Origin: Eledone cirrhosa
Lineage: Eukaryota
Reading direction: 5' to 3'
NCBI GenBank assembly: GCA_964016885.1
Contig: OZ024740.1
Location: 142,352,001-142,416,000 of the forward strand
DNA: 64,000 nt
This document shows positions 27,022-39,489 of the stretch, in pieces. Every line of letters begins with the position of its first letter. Within the stretch, counting starts at the first letter, position 1. Below the pieces are notes generated by a model. It saw nothing but the letters and a program-made list of their open reading frames with translations, made no database searches and had not been told where the DNA came from. Position numbers and translations under genes: made by a program.

Positions 27022-27407
27022 ATATAAGAAGAATAAAGCGGAGGTGTTACAATGGAGGTTTATTGCTCAATCCTAGTTACAAAATGTTTCTCAAGCAGCT
27101 GGCTCGTGATCTGGGATGGCATCCCAGACCAGACTCCAAGCGTGCCTGATCCTCAGGCCAGTGTTAACAACAAAAATCACATTAAATTTGTTGTGTTAAC
27201 ACTGGATCAGGGAGATTTGGAGTCTGGTCTGGGATGCCAACCCAGAACACGAACCAACTGCTTGAGAAACATTTGTAACCAGGATTGAGCTTTAAATCTC
27301 TTATGTAATCAGCTCCACTTAGTTCTTATTATATACACTCTGTTCTGCACCGAGTGCTGACCATGCTACCCTCACCAGTTTTCTTCGGACTTACTGAACT
27401 TTCTGCA
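27022..27407. mobile_element. Imperfect palindromic element between (TA)n tracts, with hammerhead half-sites
   Basis: Arms at about 27065-27140 and 27217-27290, degenerate out to 27022 and 27332; inner ccagtgttaaca/tgttaacactgg; GAAAC-attt-GTA at 27266-27277; GAGTGCT at 27352. Confidence 0.8.
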
Positions 27408-27408
27408 C

Positions 27409-27475
<67 letters not shown>

Positions 27476-28241
27476 TATGTATATATGTATGTATATATGT
27501 ATGTATCTATGTGTATAGTGAAATATAGATGTCTATCTTTAGGAGCTGTTGGCAGAAATCCCTCATTTTCCAGTACATTCACTTATTGGGTGGGTTTGTT
27601 TCCTCCAAATATTATAATAAACAAATCATTATTGTCGGTTATATAATTCACAACGATTCGTCGCTTGACGTTCAGAAGTTTTCTGACAGAGTTAGTTTGT
27701 TTGATCTATTTTTTCTTTTCCTGATGTAACCGCCCTCCAACCTCCCTCAGTGTCCATTTAGTCCTCATCCTTGCAAGTGGATGAGAGTATTGTTAGGAGA
27801 GAATGGGTGGTGGTTTTAGCACTGTTTGCCTATGACAGTGTGCATGATATAACCTTCTCTACAATGTCTGGATTGGGACTTGGTATCCTCCGCTTTAGAG
27901 GAACAAATGAATTTTCTGGTCATCCTTGGAACAGAAAACCTTCAAATGTCTTTTGCTGCCATTAGTGTAGCAACAAGGCTTTCTGTCCTGTCATATTGCC
28001 TTTGGCATGTATAATTTTGTTATCCCTTGTTGGTATGGTATTTTCTTTTCGCGTACTTTCTATAAACCCCTACAGTGTTCTGTGTACCGTTTACATTCAC
28101 TTTAAGCCCTTGTGACTAATAAAGCACTGAGTTTAGCTTTGCCTTTCATCCTTACGGGGTCGATAAAATAAAGCACCAGCAACGTACCGGAGTCGATTTA
28201 ACCGATTTTCCCCCAAAGAATGTTGGCCTTGTGCCTAAATC

Positions 28242-28309
<68 letters not shown>

Positions 28310-28477
28310 GCATACGGATTATAGATGCTTCTACACTACACCTTAATATGTACTGGGTCAACTTTGATTAGCGACCTACTCAGTTTTCCAGCAGCAAATA
28401 TTCTCCCCCCCCCCCCTCTCCCTCTCTCTCTCTCTACACACATACAAACACTCTCTCTCTACACTCTCTCTTTCTGC

Positions 28478-28522
<45 letters not shown>

Positions 28523-28527
<5 letters not shown>

Positions 28528-28836
28528 CAAGGATGATTTGTTAAGCCTTCATTACGGTTATTGATTGGTGACGCACGTTTCGCTATTGTAATTACAACAC
28601 CAGAGGTCCGATGAGCTTTTGATTCCAGAGTCGGACGAGATCGATCCAGATCGAACCTTAAGCTCATCAATAGCGAAACGCGCGTCACCAATCAATAAAC
28701 GTAATGAAGGTTTAACAAATCGTCCTTGTATTATTACATTTACACTCTGTTTAGCTCTACACCTCGCCACTGACGTGAACCTAAACATCGAGTGCTCACC
28801 TGGGTGAACCTACAGTAACTTCACGTTACACTCCCT

Positions 28837-28838
<2 letters not shown>
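28523..28838 (+). mobile_element. pLTR-like mini-element with inverted 5' copy of its own 3' part, inserted in (TA)n
   Basis: 28523-28588 is the reverse complement of 28668-28733; internal hammerhead; GAGTGCT at 28790; (TA)n on both sides. Confidence 0.85.
28605..28689 (+). ncRNA. Type I hammerhead ribozyme, CCGATGA core variant, long stem II
   Basis: ggt-CCGATGA-gcttttgat...atcaatagc-GAAAC-gcgc-GTC-acc; stem III is the palindrome ACGCGCGT. Confidence 0.75.
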
Positions 28839-28919
<81 letters not shown>

Positions 28920-29050
28920 GTTTTGCGAGGTTTTTGATATGAAATCGTGTGTCGAAACAAATATTGTTATACTTGGGGAGGGTCATATTTGTGTAATATT
29001 GCCAGAATTAATAACAGAACACACTCACTGTTTGGTTGGTTTTCGCTTTT
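28920..29050 (+). repeat. Dispersed repeat fragment (gaaatcgtgtgt.gaaac..atattgttatact..gggagggtcat)
   Basis: Homologous to 39085-39190; both start immediately after (TA)n. Confidence 0.6.
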
Positions 29051-29491
29051 CGGTTCTGTGTCTTTTATATCGGTAATCTAATTTATTCGGTCCTCAATGT
29101 TGCCATTGACTGACCAACGGTCAAAAATACAGATACAATATAGACACAAACACATATATATAGTTTATCAAAGTTCTTTCGTTGCACATCTGCAATATAT
29201 ATATTTATATATATATATAAGAAAATGAGAGTTTATTTATTTTTTAAAAAAAGATGAAAACGAGATGCCCTACACGTTGAAAGTATGACGAAAAGAAATT
29301 GAAAATGCAAATGGAGTCTTTTAAGAATATCTATTTATTTACTTTACCAGTTTCACAGTTGTTATCCTTTTCAAAAATAAAATTGAGATGGTGGGTTTGT
29401 GTTTCTGTTGTGGTTTGTTTCGCATATATATATATAATAAAAAAAGAGGAAGTTTCGTTTACATATGAAAAATAATTATTGCGTATCGACC

Positions 29492-29577
29492 TGTTACGCG
29501 CGTTTCGGGGAGGATTGGCTCAAGGTGAACCATAGGAGTTATAGATCCGACTTCAGTATCGATCTGCTCCTTAGACA
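29492..29577 (-). ncRNA. Degenerate hammerhead ribozyme (CTAAGGA core)
   Basis: Minus strand reads tgt-CTAAGGA-g...c-GAAAC-gcgc-GTA-aca; the G5A change is probably inactivating. Confidence 0.5.
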
Positions 29578-29747
29578 TATATATAATTTACCATATCTCG
29601 AACGCAAACGTCCCCGTTACAAATAACCTATTGTGTACATTCTGGGGTACTGTTTTGTGCGTTACCACGTTCAAATCTTGTCTCATCGAATGCATAATTG
29701 GAGCAGCCGAGCCTATACTAATTATGATTGCAATAGTCTCTTTAACC

Positions 29748-29821
<74 letters not shown>

Positions 29822-29942
29822 CGCATGTGTGTATGTATGTATATATACATGTATATATATGCATACAAGTAAACGAACACATTATAGCCGTGATGTATGT
29901 ATCATTATACTCAAGTACTCAGTTTTGTTGTGTGTATGTATG

Positions 29943-30022
<80 letters not shown>

Positions 30023-30560
30023 TTCTGTCGAATGTTTAAATACACCTTGTATACACGCACACACGCACACACGCACACACACGCAAACCTAAACATACAT
30101 ACACACATACACACGTATAGAGCAACAGTGGGGAGGAGGGTTGGAGGTATATATATATAATATATAATTGAAGGAATTCCATCTCACTCGGCCTCGGTTC
30201 TATAACGCTTCCATATAACACAACATCCATCCAGTCCAAATCAGTGAATCTCCTTCCTCAGCACGTGAATTCCTGAATATATAATTGCCTCTTCAGTGGC
30301 GGCGATATACGGACGATACAAATGTCAAATACATATTTCCTCTGTAAATGACCAGCAGCAACGAGAGCCAATAAGAAAGAAGCTTCTAGTTATATGAAAG
30401 AATTCCGTGACGGACTAATAATTCCGCTATATGTAATAGTGTGTGTAGCTGGTGTGTAGTTCGTGTGTGTGTATGAGACAGTGTGTGTGTCTTGTGTCTC
30501 TGTGTGTATATGTGTGTGTATGTGTTTGTGTGTGTGTGTATGTGTGTGTTTGTGTGTGTG

Positions 30561-30667
30561 TTTATGTGTGTGTGTGGGAGTGTGTGCGTATGTGTGCATC
30601 TGTGAAAGGCAGAGTATGTCAGATATAATAGTTCCATTGTGTGTAATATTGCATGTTTTTATTGTGT

Positions 30668-30722
<55 letters not shown>

Positions 30723-30826
30723 ATGTGTGTGTGTGGGAGTGTGTGCGTATGTGTGCATCTGTGAAAGGGAGAGTATGTCAGATATAATAGTTCCATTGTG
30801 TGTAATATTGCATGTTTTTATTGTGT

Positions 30827-30857
<31 letters not shown>

Positions 30858-30990
30858 TTGTGTGTGCATGTTTGTGTGCGTGTGTATGTGTGTATGTGTG
30901 TATGTGTGTATGTGTGCATATGAAAGAGAGAGAGCATGTTACATATAATAGTTCCGCTGTGCTCAATATTATATGTAGTGCGTTTGTAAT
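30561..30990. repeat. ~160-bp tandem minisatellite made of a unique unit plus (GT)n
   Basis: Near-identical units at 30561 and 30720; degenerate third unit at about 30910. Confidence 0.85.
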
Positions 30991-31005
30991 TTGTGTGTGT
31001 GTATA

Positions 31006-31129
<124 letters not shown>

Positions 31130-31490
31130 TATATTTATATATATGTATGTGTGTATGTACGTATGCATGTGTGTGTGTTTTTTATTTTGTGTGTGCGTGC
31201 GTCTGTAAAAGGAGAGGTTACACCCGTTAACTACTATAAAGCAATCGATTGTATGTTAGAAAATGTTGCATTCTTCAAGTTGTTGCTAGTACTCAGTCAG
31301 CAGAACAACAATAGGAAGGAAGACAAATGTTGAAATATAACAAAAATATAAATAACCACGAACGATAGAAAAGACAAATATCAGAAAAATAACAATAATA
31401 AATAAGAAGCAATTATTTATATAATGCATTGCATAGATTTATAGGAAGAAATGTAGAAATATAATTAATTGAGGTACCAGAAGCTATTAT

Positions 31491-31550
<60 letters not shown>

Positions 31551-32214
31551 GGAGCTATTTTAAGTTTGTCCTTTTTTTACATTTCTTATTTTTATCTGAA
31601 TATATTCCATCTATTGTATAATTCACTCAACGCTGAATAACTCAAATATAGTATCAATCTTTCCTTTTTTAGCTTTCTCTGTCTCACACACACACTCTCT
31701 CTCTCTCTCAACATGTACACGCACACACACACCACACTCTCTCTCTCTCTCAACATGTACACGCACACACACACCACACTCTCTCTCACACACACACATA
31801 TTTATATATATATATGTGTGTGTGAGTGTGTATCTGTGTACACCGTATATCGCTAGATATACAAAATACTCATACTTATATGTATACAGCTATGTTAGAG
31901 CGAAATCCCTAATTCTATTTTCCGGCCGAGCCAGCCGATAGCGCTATACGCAATTGAGGCTAATCAGACCATGGGTGTCAAAACTATATGTTCGCCTATA
32001 TTGAGTTCCAGCAGAGAGCAGGGTCAGGGAGCACTAACTTGATAATGACCAGAGTCAGAAATGACGTCGTCATCAGTTATCCACCCTTCTGCTAGAATCC
32101 GCTAGATGGCGTTACGTTATCAGTTTCCAAATCATCGTTGAAAGCTTTTAAAACGTTTATTCGTAAACATACCGTATATCACTAGATATACAAAATATTC
32201 ATACTTATACATAC

Positions 32215-32345
32215 AGAGGAAACGGCCGAACAAGTCCCAGTATTTGCTTGTCTTCCTCTCCTTTGCATTGCGGACCGCGGTACCGTTTGAGGTAGAGAAC
32301 GTGTCACAACAAGTTTCGTCCCGGATGAACCATATTTTCGCAGCA
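32215..32345 (-). mobile_element. CRE-like non-LTR retrotransposon restriction-like endonuclease fragment
   Basis: DETCCDTFSTSN..AVRNAKERKTSKYWDLFGRFL resembles the CRE-clade WDATC.DTF...AE..K..KY..L..RF motif. Confidence 0.55.
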
Positions 32346-32597
32346 TCCAAGTCATCTTTTGCAGAATGTGTCTGGTGATATAACTAAGTCTTCAGAAATC
32401 AATGACATAGCATCAGTGTAATGAAAATAACAGTGGGTTACATCCTGTTCTTTTGCATAAGGAATCAGGTCGAGAAAAAGAAAAGACAACGAATGAGAGT
32501 AAACAAAGAAATGTTGGTGGAAAAAGTGGATTTGTAGCAAAGGGTTCTTCTTCCCAAGTTATCTTGCAATGACGAAGTCATGTCCTAATTATAACCC

Positions 32598-32961
32598 TTT
32601 AGGCGGGGTGGTCAGACATCCCGTCTAATTGGATATAATATACTGGCACATGGTCAAACAAGGAAGAAGGAACATACCTCAATATTATGTTATGTGAACA
32701 TTTTAATTAGAGCAATTAAATAATATAGTTAAATACATCAGTGCTCCTAAGGTGGGTAATTGTCAATAATTGTATTATGCCGCGACCGCATGGTGTGATA
32801 TCGCTGTTTGGGTCACTGCGTGGAAACACGTCTATTCACTCCGAGGTATCACCGTTCAAGAGGCTATTGTTTCAGCTACTGACGTCAGAACGTGACGTCA
32901 GAACTAAGGGCAGTTAATCGACTGCCTTCAAAGTCGACGCTAGATGGCGTGATCTTCTACA
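32598..32961 (-). repeat. 3' LTR of the Gypsy element
   Basis: Identical to 37411-37774 except one substitution seen by eye (aagggcag vs aaggacag). Confidence 0.95.
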
Positions 32962-33445
32962 TGGCCTCCCACCAGATTTTTAGAAAATTAAATAAAAATC
33001 GGTTCATCGAATCATGTATGTAGAAAAACCAATTAGCAACCTGCAAAAATCCCAAACCAAGGAGCAATCAGCCCAACCGAGCATGAAGGACACAACAAAT
33101 TTCAAAAATACATATTAAACAAGCATGCAAGAACGTAAAAGGAAAAAACAAATGTAAAAAAATGTAAATATAATTTCCTAAAAGTTCCAAAAGTCACTAC
33201 AGGATTAAAGCACCGCACAATAGCAGTTTAAAAATATACCGTGCTACACAGTTTTTGGGGCCAATGAACCCTCCGACCGGAACGGGTCGTAGTCTTATAT
33301 CTTGGTGATGGGGGGGGGGGGGGAAGAAGTGTGTGTGCGAAAGAAAAAGACGGCGGCGTTCGTGGCTCAGGTGCGATAGCATCTGTGTCCAAATGTGCTC
33401 GTTTGAGTCTATCAATCGAAACCGTCTCTCTGGAACCCGTAATGT

Positions 33446-34570
33446 CTACAGTAAAATGTTTCTCGTTCGAGCTAATACACGGTAGGGTCCAGAGTACGGT
33501 TGTGTGAGAGGTGGTTTCACAGCATCGTTTCTCACAAACACATGGGTCCACGAGGCAATATCCCCCGGGACTGCAGATTTTACAGTTTGCTTCCTCGTAT
33601 CCATCGGCTGCAGGTCCTGAAAATAAGAACGCAGACGGGATACGTAGGAAAGCGGATCTTGTTCAGCAAGATTGACAGGGGCAAGCATTTGCCCAGGTAA
33701 CGCTAGAGGAGCACCATATAACAATTCGGCCGGGGAGAACCCAAGGTCCTCCTTTATTGTTGACCGAATCCCCAACAACACAATAGGGAGGTATTCGCTC
33801 CAACACGTAGAGTCAGGAGAAGTCTGTAGAGCGGCTTTCAGTTGCCGGTGGAAGCGCTCCACCATTCCATTAGATGCAGGATGATATGCAGTCGTTCGGA
33901 TGCGTTTAGCGCCGATGATCTTCGTCAATTCATGGAAGAGGTTCGATTCAAACTGCCTTCCGCGGTCCGTGGTAATTGACGTTGGCACTCCATATCGAGC
34001 GATCCATCCAGACACAAGGGCACGCTCTGTGGTCTCAGCAGTGATATCCCTCAAGGGGATGGCTTCAGGCCATCGCATAAAACGATCGATTACCGTCAAT
34101 AAGTAATTGTAACCACCGCTGATAGGCCAAGGTTCCACGATGTCCACGTGAATGTGGCGAAACCGGGCGTCCGGGTTACTAAAAGTACCAAGGGGAGTCT
34201 TAATATGTCTATGAACTTTCGATTTCTGGCAAGCAACACAGGAACGGCACCAGACAGTAATTTCACGTCTCATATTTGGCCATAAGAATCTAGCCGTTAT
34301 GAGTTTTACTGTGGCAGAGGATCCAGGATGTGAAATGCCGTGCAAAACAAGAAATACAGTTCGACGATGGTTCAACGGAACAAAAGGACGTGGCGCATCC
34401 AAAGAGACGTCGCAGAGGATCCGTCCGTCTGCGGTCGGTAAAGTTAGGTATTTCATCCTGCAAATCACAAATTCAGGTGATGTAACATCCAACGATTTAA
34501 GGGTAGACTGATCGGCTGCCAAGCGATTCAAATCTATGTCATCGGACGACGAGATCGAAGTAATCGGCAA
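33446..34570 (-). pseudogene. Gypsy integrase
   Basis: H-H-C-C zinc finger (LHGISHPG...CVACQ), DDE core ([21 protein letters not shown]), GPY motif frameshifted at the end. Confidence 0.95.
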
Positions 34571-34589
34571 ACGAGACAGGGCTCGGCCG

Positions 34590-34995
34590 CTGTATCACTT
34601 GTAAACTGAGAGATGAGGTCAAGATGTTTAGTTTCTCTAGGCGAGTATTTGTCTGTCTTTGCTTGCAAGGCGAATGTCAACGGCTTATGGTCCGTGAAGA
34701 TGGTAAACGTTCTTCCCTCAAGCATGTGCGAAAAATGGTTCACTGATAAATATATTGCTAGCAACTCCCGTCCAAAGGTGCTGTAGCGGGTTTCGGCAGG
34801 TTTCAGCTTCCTGGAGAAAATTTCCAACGGTTGCTGTTGATCGTTCCTACTTTGCTGCAAAATTGCGTGCACAGCATTATCCGACGCATCAACACAAAGA
34901 GAAAGCTTAGCGTTGGACACTGGGTGAGCCAGCAAAGATGCATTAGCTAGAGCAATTTTCGCACTCTCAAAATCCTGGAGCTGAGTTTCATTCAA
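34590..34995 (-). pseudogene. Gypsy RNase H
   Basis: VDASD, FSRKL..AETRYSTFGRELLAIY, FTDHKPL. Confidence 0.93.
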
Positions 34996-35028
34996 AGAAA
35001 TGTCTCTATTTTTCTTTCGGCAATTTTT

Positions 35029-35673
35029 TTAAATTTCCGTCAAAGAAAAGAGTAGCTTAGCACAATTAGGCACAAACCACCTATAAAAATTAATCAGCCC
35101 CAAGAATTGGCGCAACTGACGAAGTGAGGTTGGTGGAGGCAAATCCTCTATAGCTTTAACTCTCTCAGGAATAGGTCGAATGCCGTCAGCGTCAATGACA
35201 TGACCCCAAAAATTCAAAGATTCGGAACCAAAAACACATTTTGACCGATTAATCCGAACATTGTAATTCTTTAAACGACAAAATAGAAGTTCCAGATGGC
35301 GCAAATGTTGCTCTGGAGAAGAGCTCGCAACAAGAAGGTCATCAATGTATGTGTATACAAAGTCGAGGCTGTGAGTGACCTCATCCATAAATCGCTGGAA
35401 GGTGCTAGCAGCATTCCTTAACCCGAAAGGCATGATGAGAAATTCGAAAGATCCAAATGGCGTAGTTATAGCCGTTTTCGGGATGTCGTCTCTGTTGACA
35501 GGAATTTGGTTATAGGCTCGTATCAAATCGAGTTTCGAAAAAATGTTGCAACCTTGCAACGAGGATGCAAAATCCTGCAAATGAGGGATAGGATACCGAT
35601 CCGGTACGGTCATCGAGTTCAATCTTCTATAATCTCCAGTGGGTCTCCAATCGCCAGAAGATTTTGGCACCAT
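35029..35673 (-). pseudogene. Gypsy reverse transcriptase
   Basis: [24 protein letters not shown]; frameshift and stop at both ends. Confidence 0.95.
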
Positions 35674-35744
35674 ATGTAACGGGCTCGTGGAAGGACGAAT
35701 AATTCCGAGCTATAGCATATGATCGAACTCGGACCGTGTTGCTT

Positions 35745-36285
35745 TCAGTTTGTCCGCTGGCAATCGACGGGACGCGAAAAAACCGGAGCGCCAGTTGTAG
35801 TAATAAAATGCTCCGTGGCGTGGCCTGAATCAGTGACTCTAAAATGTTTATGAGTCAGTTGCGGGAACGATTTCAACAGTCCATGATATGAGTTTCCGGA
35901 GTTAGCAATGAAGTAAGTCGGGCTAACTGTGGAAAATTCCGCCGTCCTGCCACAAAGAGAAAAACCCGTAATATCGTCGACTAGGCGTTGGTGACGGACG
36001 TCCACCGTCAAAGAAAAATGGTGCAGGAAGTCCACGCCCAAAATCGGGTATGGCAGATCAGCAACAGTGAAAACCCATTTGAAATCCCGACGAAGATTTC
36101 GGAACTGAAGAGGAAGCGAGATCTGTCCAAAAGTTCTGTTTGTTGACTGGTTGACAGCTTGCAATTCGATCGACGACTCAGGAGGAGTTACTCTCATAGT
36201 ATTAACAGGCCAAATACTGCACAAAGCCCCTGTGTCCACTAGGAAGGCTCTTCCAGACAGGAGGCCCTCAATGAAGAAATGGCGG
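35745..36285 (-). pseudogene. Gypsy aspartic protease
   Basis: FLVDTGA and ILGVDFL motifs. Confidence 0.9.
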
Positions 36286-36319
36286 TTCCGTTTTGTCTCG
36301 CTAAGTTCACTTGCCGCCT

Positions 36320-37062
36320 TTAGTGACTCTGATCCACATTTCTCGAGGCCGAATAATTACACGGAGACCGGCAATGATTTGCCTTATCCGCGAAGGTGGC
36401 ATGATACCAGCACAATAATAGGTTGCTGGCGGGCGAAGTAGTACGCCGACGTGGAGTCGCCAAAGAACGCGAACGACTCCTAGGCCGCCGGGAATGCGGC
36501 CTATTCTCCCTGCATTGTCGAGCGACTTGCTGTGTCAAAGCGTCAATAGCCTTCAATATAGCATCCTCGCGTGTCGAAACGGGCTGGTTCAAATGAGAGG
36601 AAGCAATACGCGAGTCCGAGGCAATAGCCTTTTTAGAAAATTCCACGATTCGATCCGCGGAGGCAGCAATTTGCTCCAAAGAGCTGGTGTCCACTATATT
36701 TGCCAAAATAATTTGGACGTTGTTTGGCAGGCGAGAGAAAAATAATTTTTTATAAAGGAATTATCCTGGTCGGGCGATTCACTGAGGTCCCTAATGTGGC
36801 GCAAAAATTCGGACGGCGACCTGTCGCCTAGACACTCGTCCTCCAACAATGAACGAAATCTGCTTTCAGCAGAACGACTGTTCCTTCGAAGAATTTCTTC
36901 CCGCAACGAATCATAGGAAATACCGGCCGACGGGTTCGTAATCAAATCTTTCGCCGTTATAGCGAGTGAAGAAGGAATACCACTTATTAAAAAGTTGAGC
37001 TGTGCAAACCAGAGCTTAGTATCACCTGAGACCGCAGGCAAACCAGGACCACTCATCGTCAA
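36320..37062 (-). pseudogene. Gypsy gag (frameshifted)
   Basis: LWFAQL, LGDRSPSEFL, C-terminal CWYH..F...A..C..PC motif. Confidence 0.85.
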
Positions 37063-37410
37063 TCTATTTCCACAAGGACGAATAAAAGTAAGTAATTTTC
37101 AGAACTACGGGAAAATTTTCCCTCAACATCCATAAAGTTGCCGCAAGCAAAAGAAATTCAGTCACAGTACAAGAAATAGCAGCGAAAGTCCGAAGGGTAG
37201 TATCTGTAATTCGAGATAGTCATTATGAAACAAGATGGCGTCGCATTTCTTTTCCAAAAACCAGGATATGGTCGCGTGACGAGGCTAAGCCAATCAGATG
37301 GCTGCATATTTTTTTTTTTTTTTTTTGTATTTGACGACAATTTTCAATTTAAAACGAATGGCGAAATTAAGTAGGCTTCATTTTCATACTTAATCATCGA
37401 AGGTCACCAC

Positions 37411-37774
37411 TTTAGGCGGGGTGGTCAGACATCCCGTCTAATTGGATATAATATACTGGCACATGGTCAAACAAGGAAGAAGGAACATACCTCAATATTA
37501 TGTTATGTGAACATTTTAATTAGAGCAATTAAATAATATAGTTAAATACATCAGTGCTCCTAAGGTGGGTAATTGTCAATAATTGTATTATGCCGCGACC
37601 GCATGGTGTGATATCGCTGTTTGGGTCACTGCGTGGAAACACGTCTATTCACTCCGAGGTATCACCGTTCAAGAGGCTATTGTTTCAGCTACTGACGTCA
37701 GAACGTGACGTCAGAACTAAGGACAGTTAATCGACTGCCTTCAAAGTCGACGCTAGATGGCGTGATCTTCTACA
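37411..37774 (-). repeat. 5' LTR of the Gypsy element
   Basis: Direct repeat of 32598-32961; TGTAG...CTAAA on the element strand. Confidence 0.95.
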
Positions 37775-38159
37775 ACCCTTTTGATATCAAAGCGTCTAAA
37801 ACTACCTTTTTTGTGCTACGATAACAAGCTGTTTATTTTAAAGTGTTTATATTTATCTAAATGTTTCCTATCAAAATTGTAAGAACATTTATTATGTTAT
37901 ATTCCAAACACCAGCTTAATAATGAGAATTTTAATTGTTTTGATCTGACTTGACAAAAAAATATGTTTTTGTTGCTGAATTGACGGTCACATCAAAAAGC
38001 AGTATAGAGTGTGCACATGAAAGAAAGCGCCTAAAATATGAAAACTTTAGAGAATCGTGGTGGCAGCATACAGGTAGAGATGGAGGGCTATCATTTTGTA
38101 GCTAGATCCGTAACGTCCAACTTGGCCAACATTGGATAAATGGAGAATAGTAACACAAG

Positions 38160-38410
38160 GCAAATGGCTTAGTGGTTAGGGAGTTGGATTCGCAATCGTA
38201 AGGTTGCGAGTTCAATTCTCGGACCGAGTGATGCGTTGTGTCCTTGACCAAGACACTTTATTTCACGTTTCTCTTTCTGCCAGGAGTTGCGACCGGTAGA
38301 TAATATCAGCAATGGAAAGACCAATGGAAACATTGTTTCCTTGATCCTATTTGACGAGATCCACCCCAATTGGCAAACGAATGAGGTTTGGGATCTTGTC
38401 GGTCAATCAG
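38160..38410 (+). mobile_element. tRNA-derived SINE (family B with gataatatcagcaatggaaagaccaatggaaac tail)
   Basis: Box A tggcttagtggttag, box B gagttcaattc; the same 3' part occurs at 3350-3450 and 63290-63360. Confidence 0.8.
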
Positions 38411-38999
38411 AGCGAGTAACACAATGATTTGTGAGTTGGGAAGAGAAGACGAGAGATCTCACGTCTTTACACATTTCTCTAGCTACAAAATTCTTGTTTC
38501 AGTGCTATCCCATATTTTCAGGTTAGCCGATTCGATGAATCTCCCGAGAGACTGATGAATTTCGAAATCGCTCACGATGAGTCGAAATCAAATTCGGCTG
38601 GAGTGGACAAGAATATGTTTATATATATGTGTGCATATATCCAGCGATTTGACAACAATGCATCGCCAAAATAAGTACCAGGTTTGGGAAAATATAAGTA
38701 TTGGGCTCGATATAATTGAATAAATCATAACCACAGTCATGATTTGATAGACTGAAACTAGCAAAATAAAAAATGAATTAGTATGTGTATGCATGTGTGT
38801 GCATGTGTGTGCACACATTAGAAATCGTACGTATATACGTCTATATACATGTATATATATAAGGTATAGTACCCTGTTGAGACTATACCTTATAGCTATA
38901 ACTATTCGGCAACTCAATATACTTGTGTAATGCATATATACATTTTTTATTTTGAGTTTCAGCCGAGGGGCTGAGGCCATATATATATACACACATATA

Positions 39000-39072
<73 letters not shown>

Positions 39073-39294
39073 CGTTTCTGAATTTGTTTAGCAAGATTCT
39101 TTATCTGAAATCGTGTGTTGAAACCGATATTGTTATACTTTGGGAGGGTCATGTTGCCAATAAGAAACACACGCACCAGTTGCTTTCACTTCAATTTATT
39201 ATATATTTATAAATTTATAAATTTACAAATCTACAAACTTATAAATTTCTGGTTGGTTGGTTGGTTCCACAACCAGATAGTTGTTTATATATAT

Positions 39295-39339
39295 AGTCAT
39301 AGTCCTTTCGTCACACACTCTGTGACCTCTTCAGTGACT
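39295..39339 (-). ncRNA. Type I hammerhead ribozyme (left arm, minus strand)
   Basis: Mirror copy of 39490-39534. Confidence 0.75.
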
Positions 39340-39489
39340 GGGGATTCCTTTCTTCGTTTCTGTGCCTTTTCTTTCTTCTATCCTACGCCATTTTGTTTCT
39401 GTGTGTGTGTGTGTGTGTATATCCACACAGAAACAAAATGGCGTAGGATAGAAGAAAGAAAAGGCACAGAAACGAAGAAAGGAATCCCC

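Larger units (their letters stand above)
32598..37774 (-). mobile_element. Full-length Ty3/Gypsy LTR retrotransposon (defective)
   Basis: Two 364-bp LTRs; 4-bp TSD ACCC (32594-32597 and 37775-37778); PBS-like TGGTGACC after the 5' LTR; purine-rich ggtgggagg before the 3' LTR; gag-PR-RT-RH-IN order. Confidence 0.97.

Noticed and set aside
27730-28070. Possible R4-like LINE remnant on the minus strand
   Set aside because: Only vague motif similarity, with many stops; not supportable.
30160-30300. CTGAAGA on the minus strand near TA repeats
   Set aside because: No downstream GAAA or stem III found.
31980-32080. CTGATGA (minus strand) with a distant GAAC-atata-GTT
   Set aside because: Stems I and II do not pair convincingly.
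38545-38595. CTGATGA-atttc-GAAA
   Set aside because: No pairing of stem I or stem III, and it is not in a TA context.
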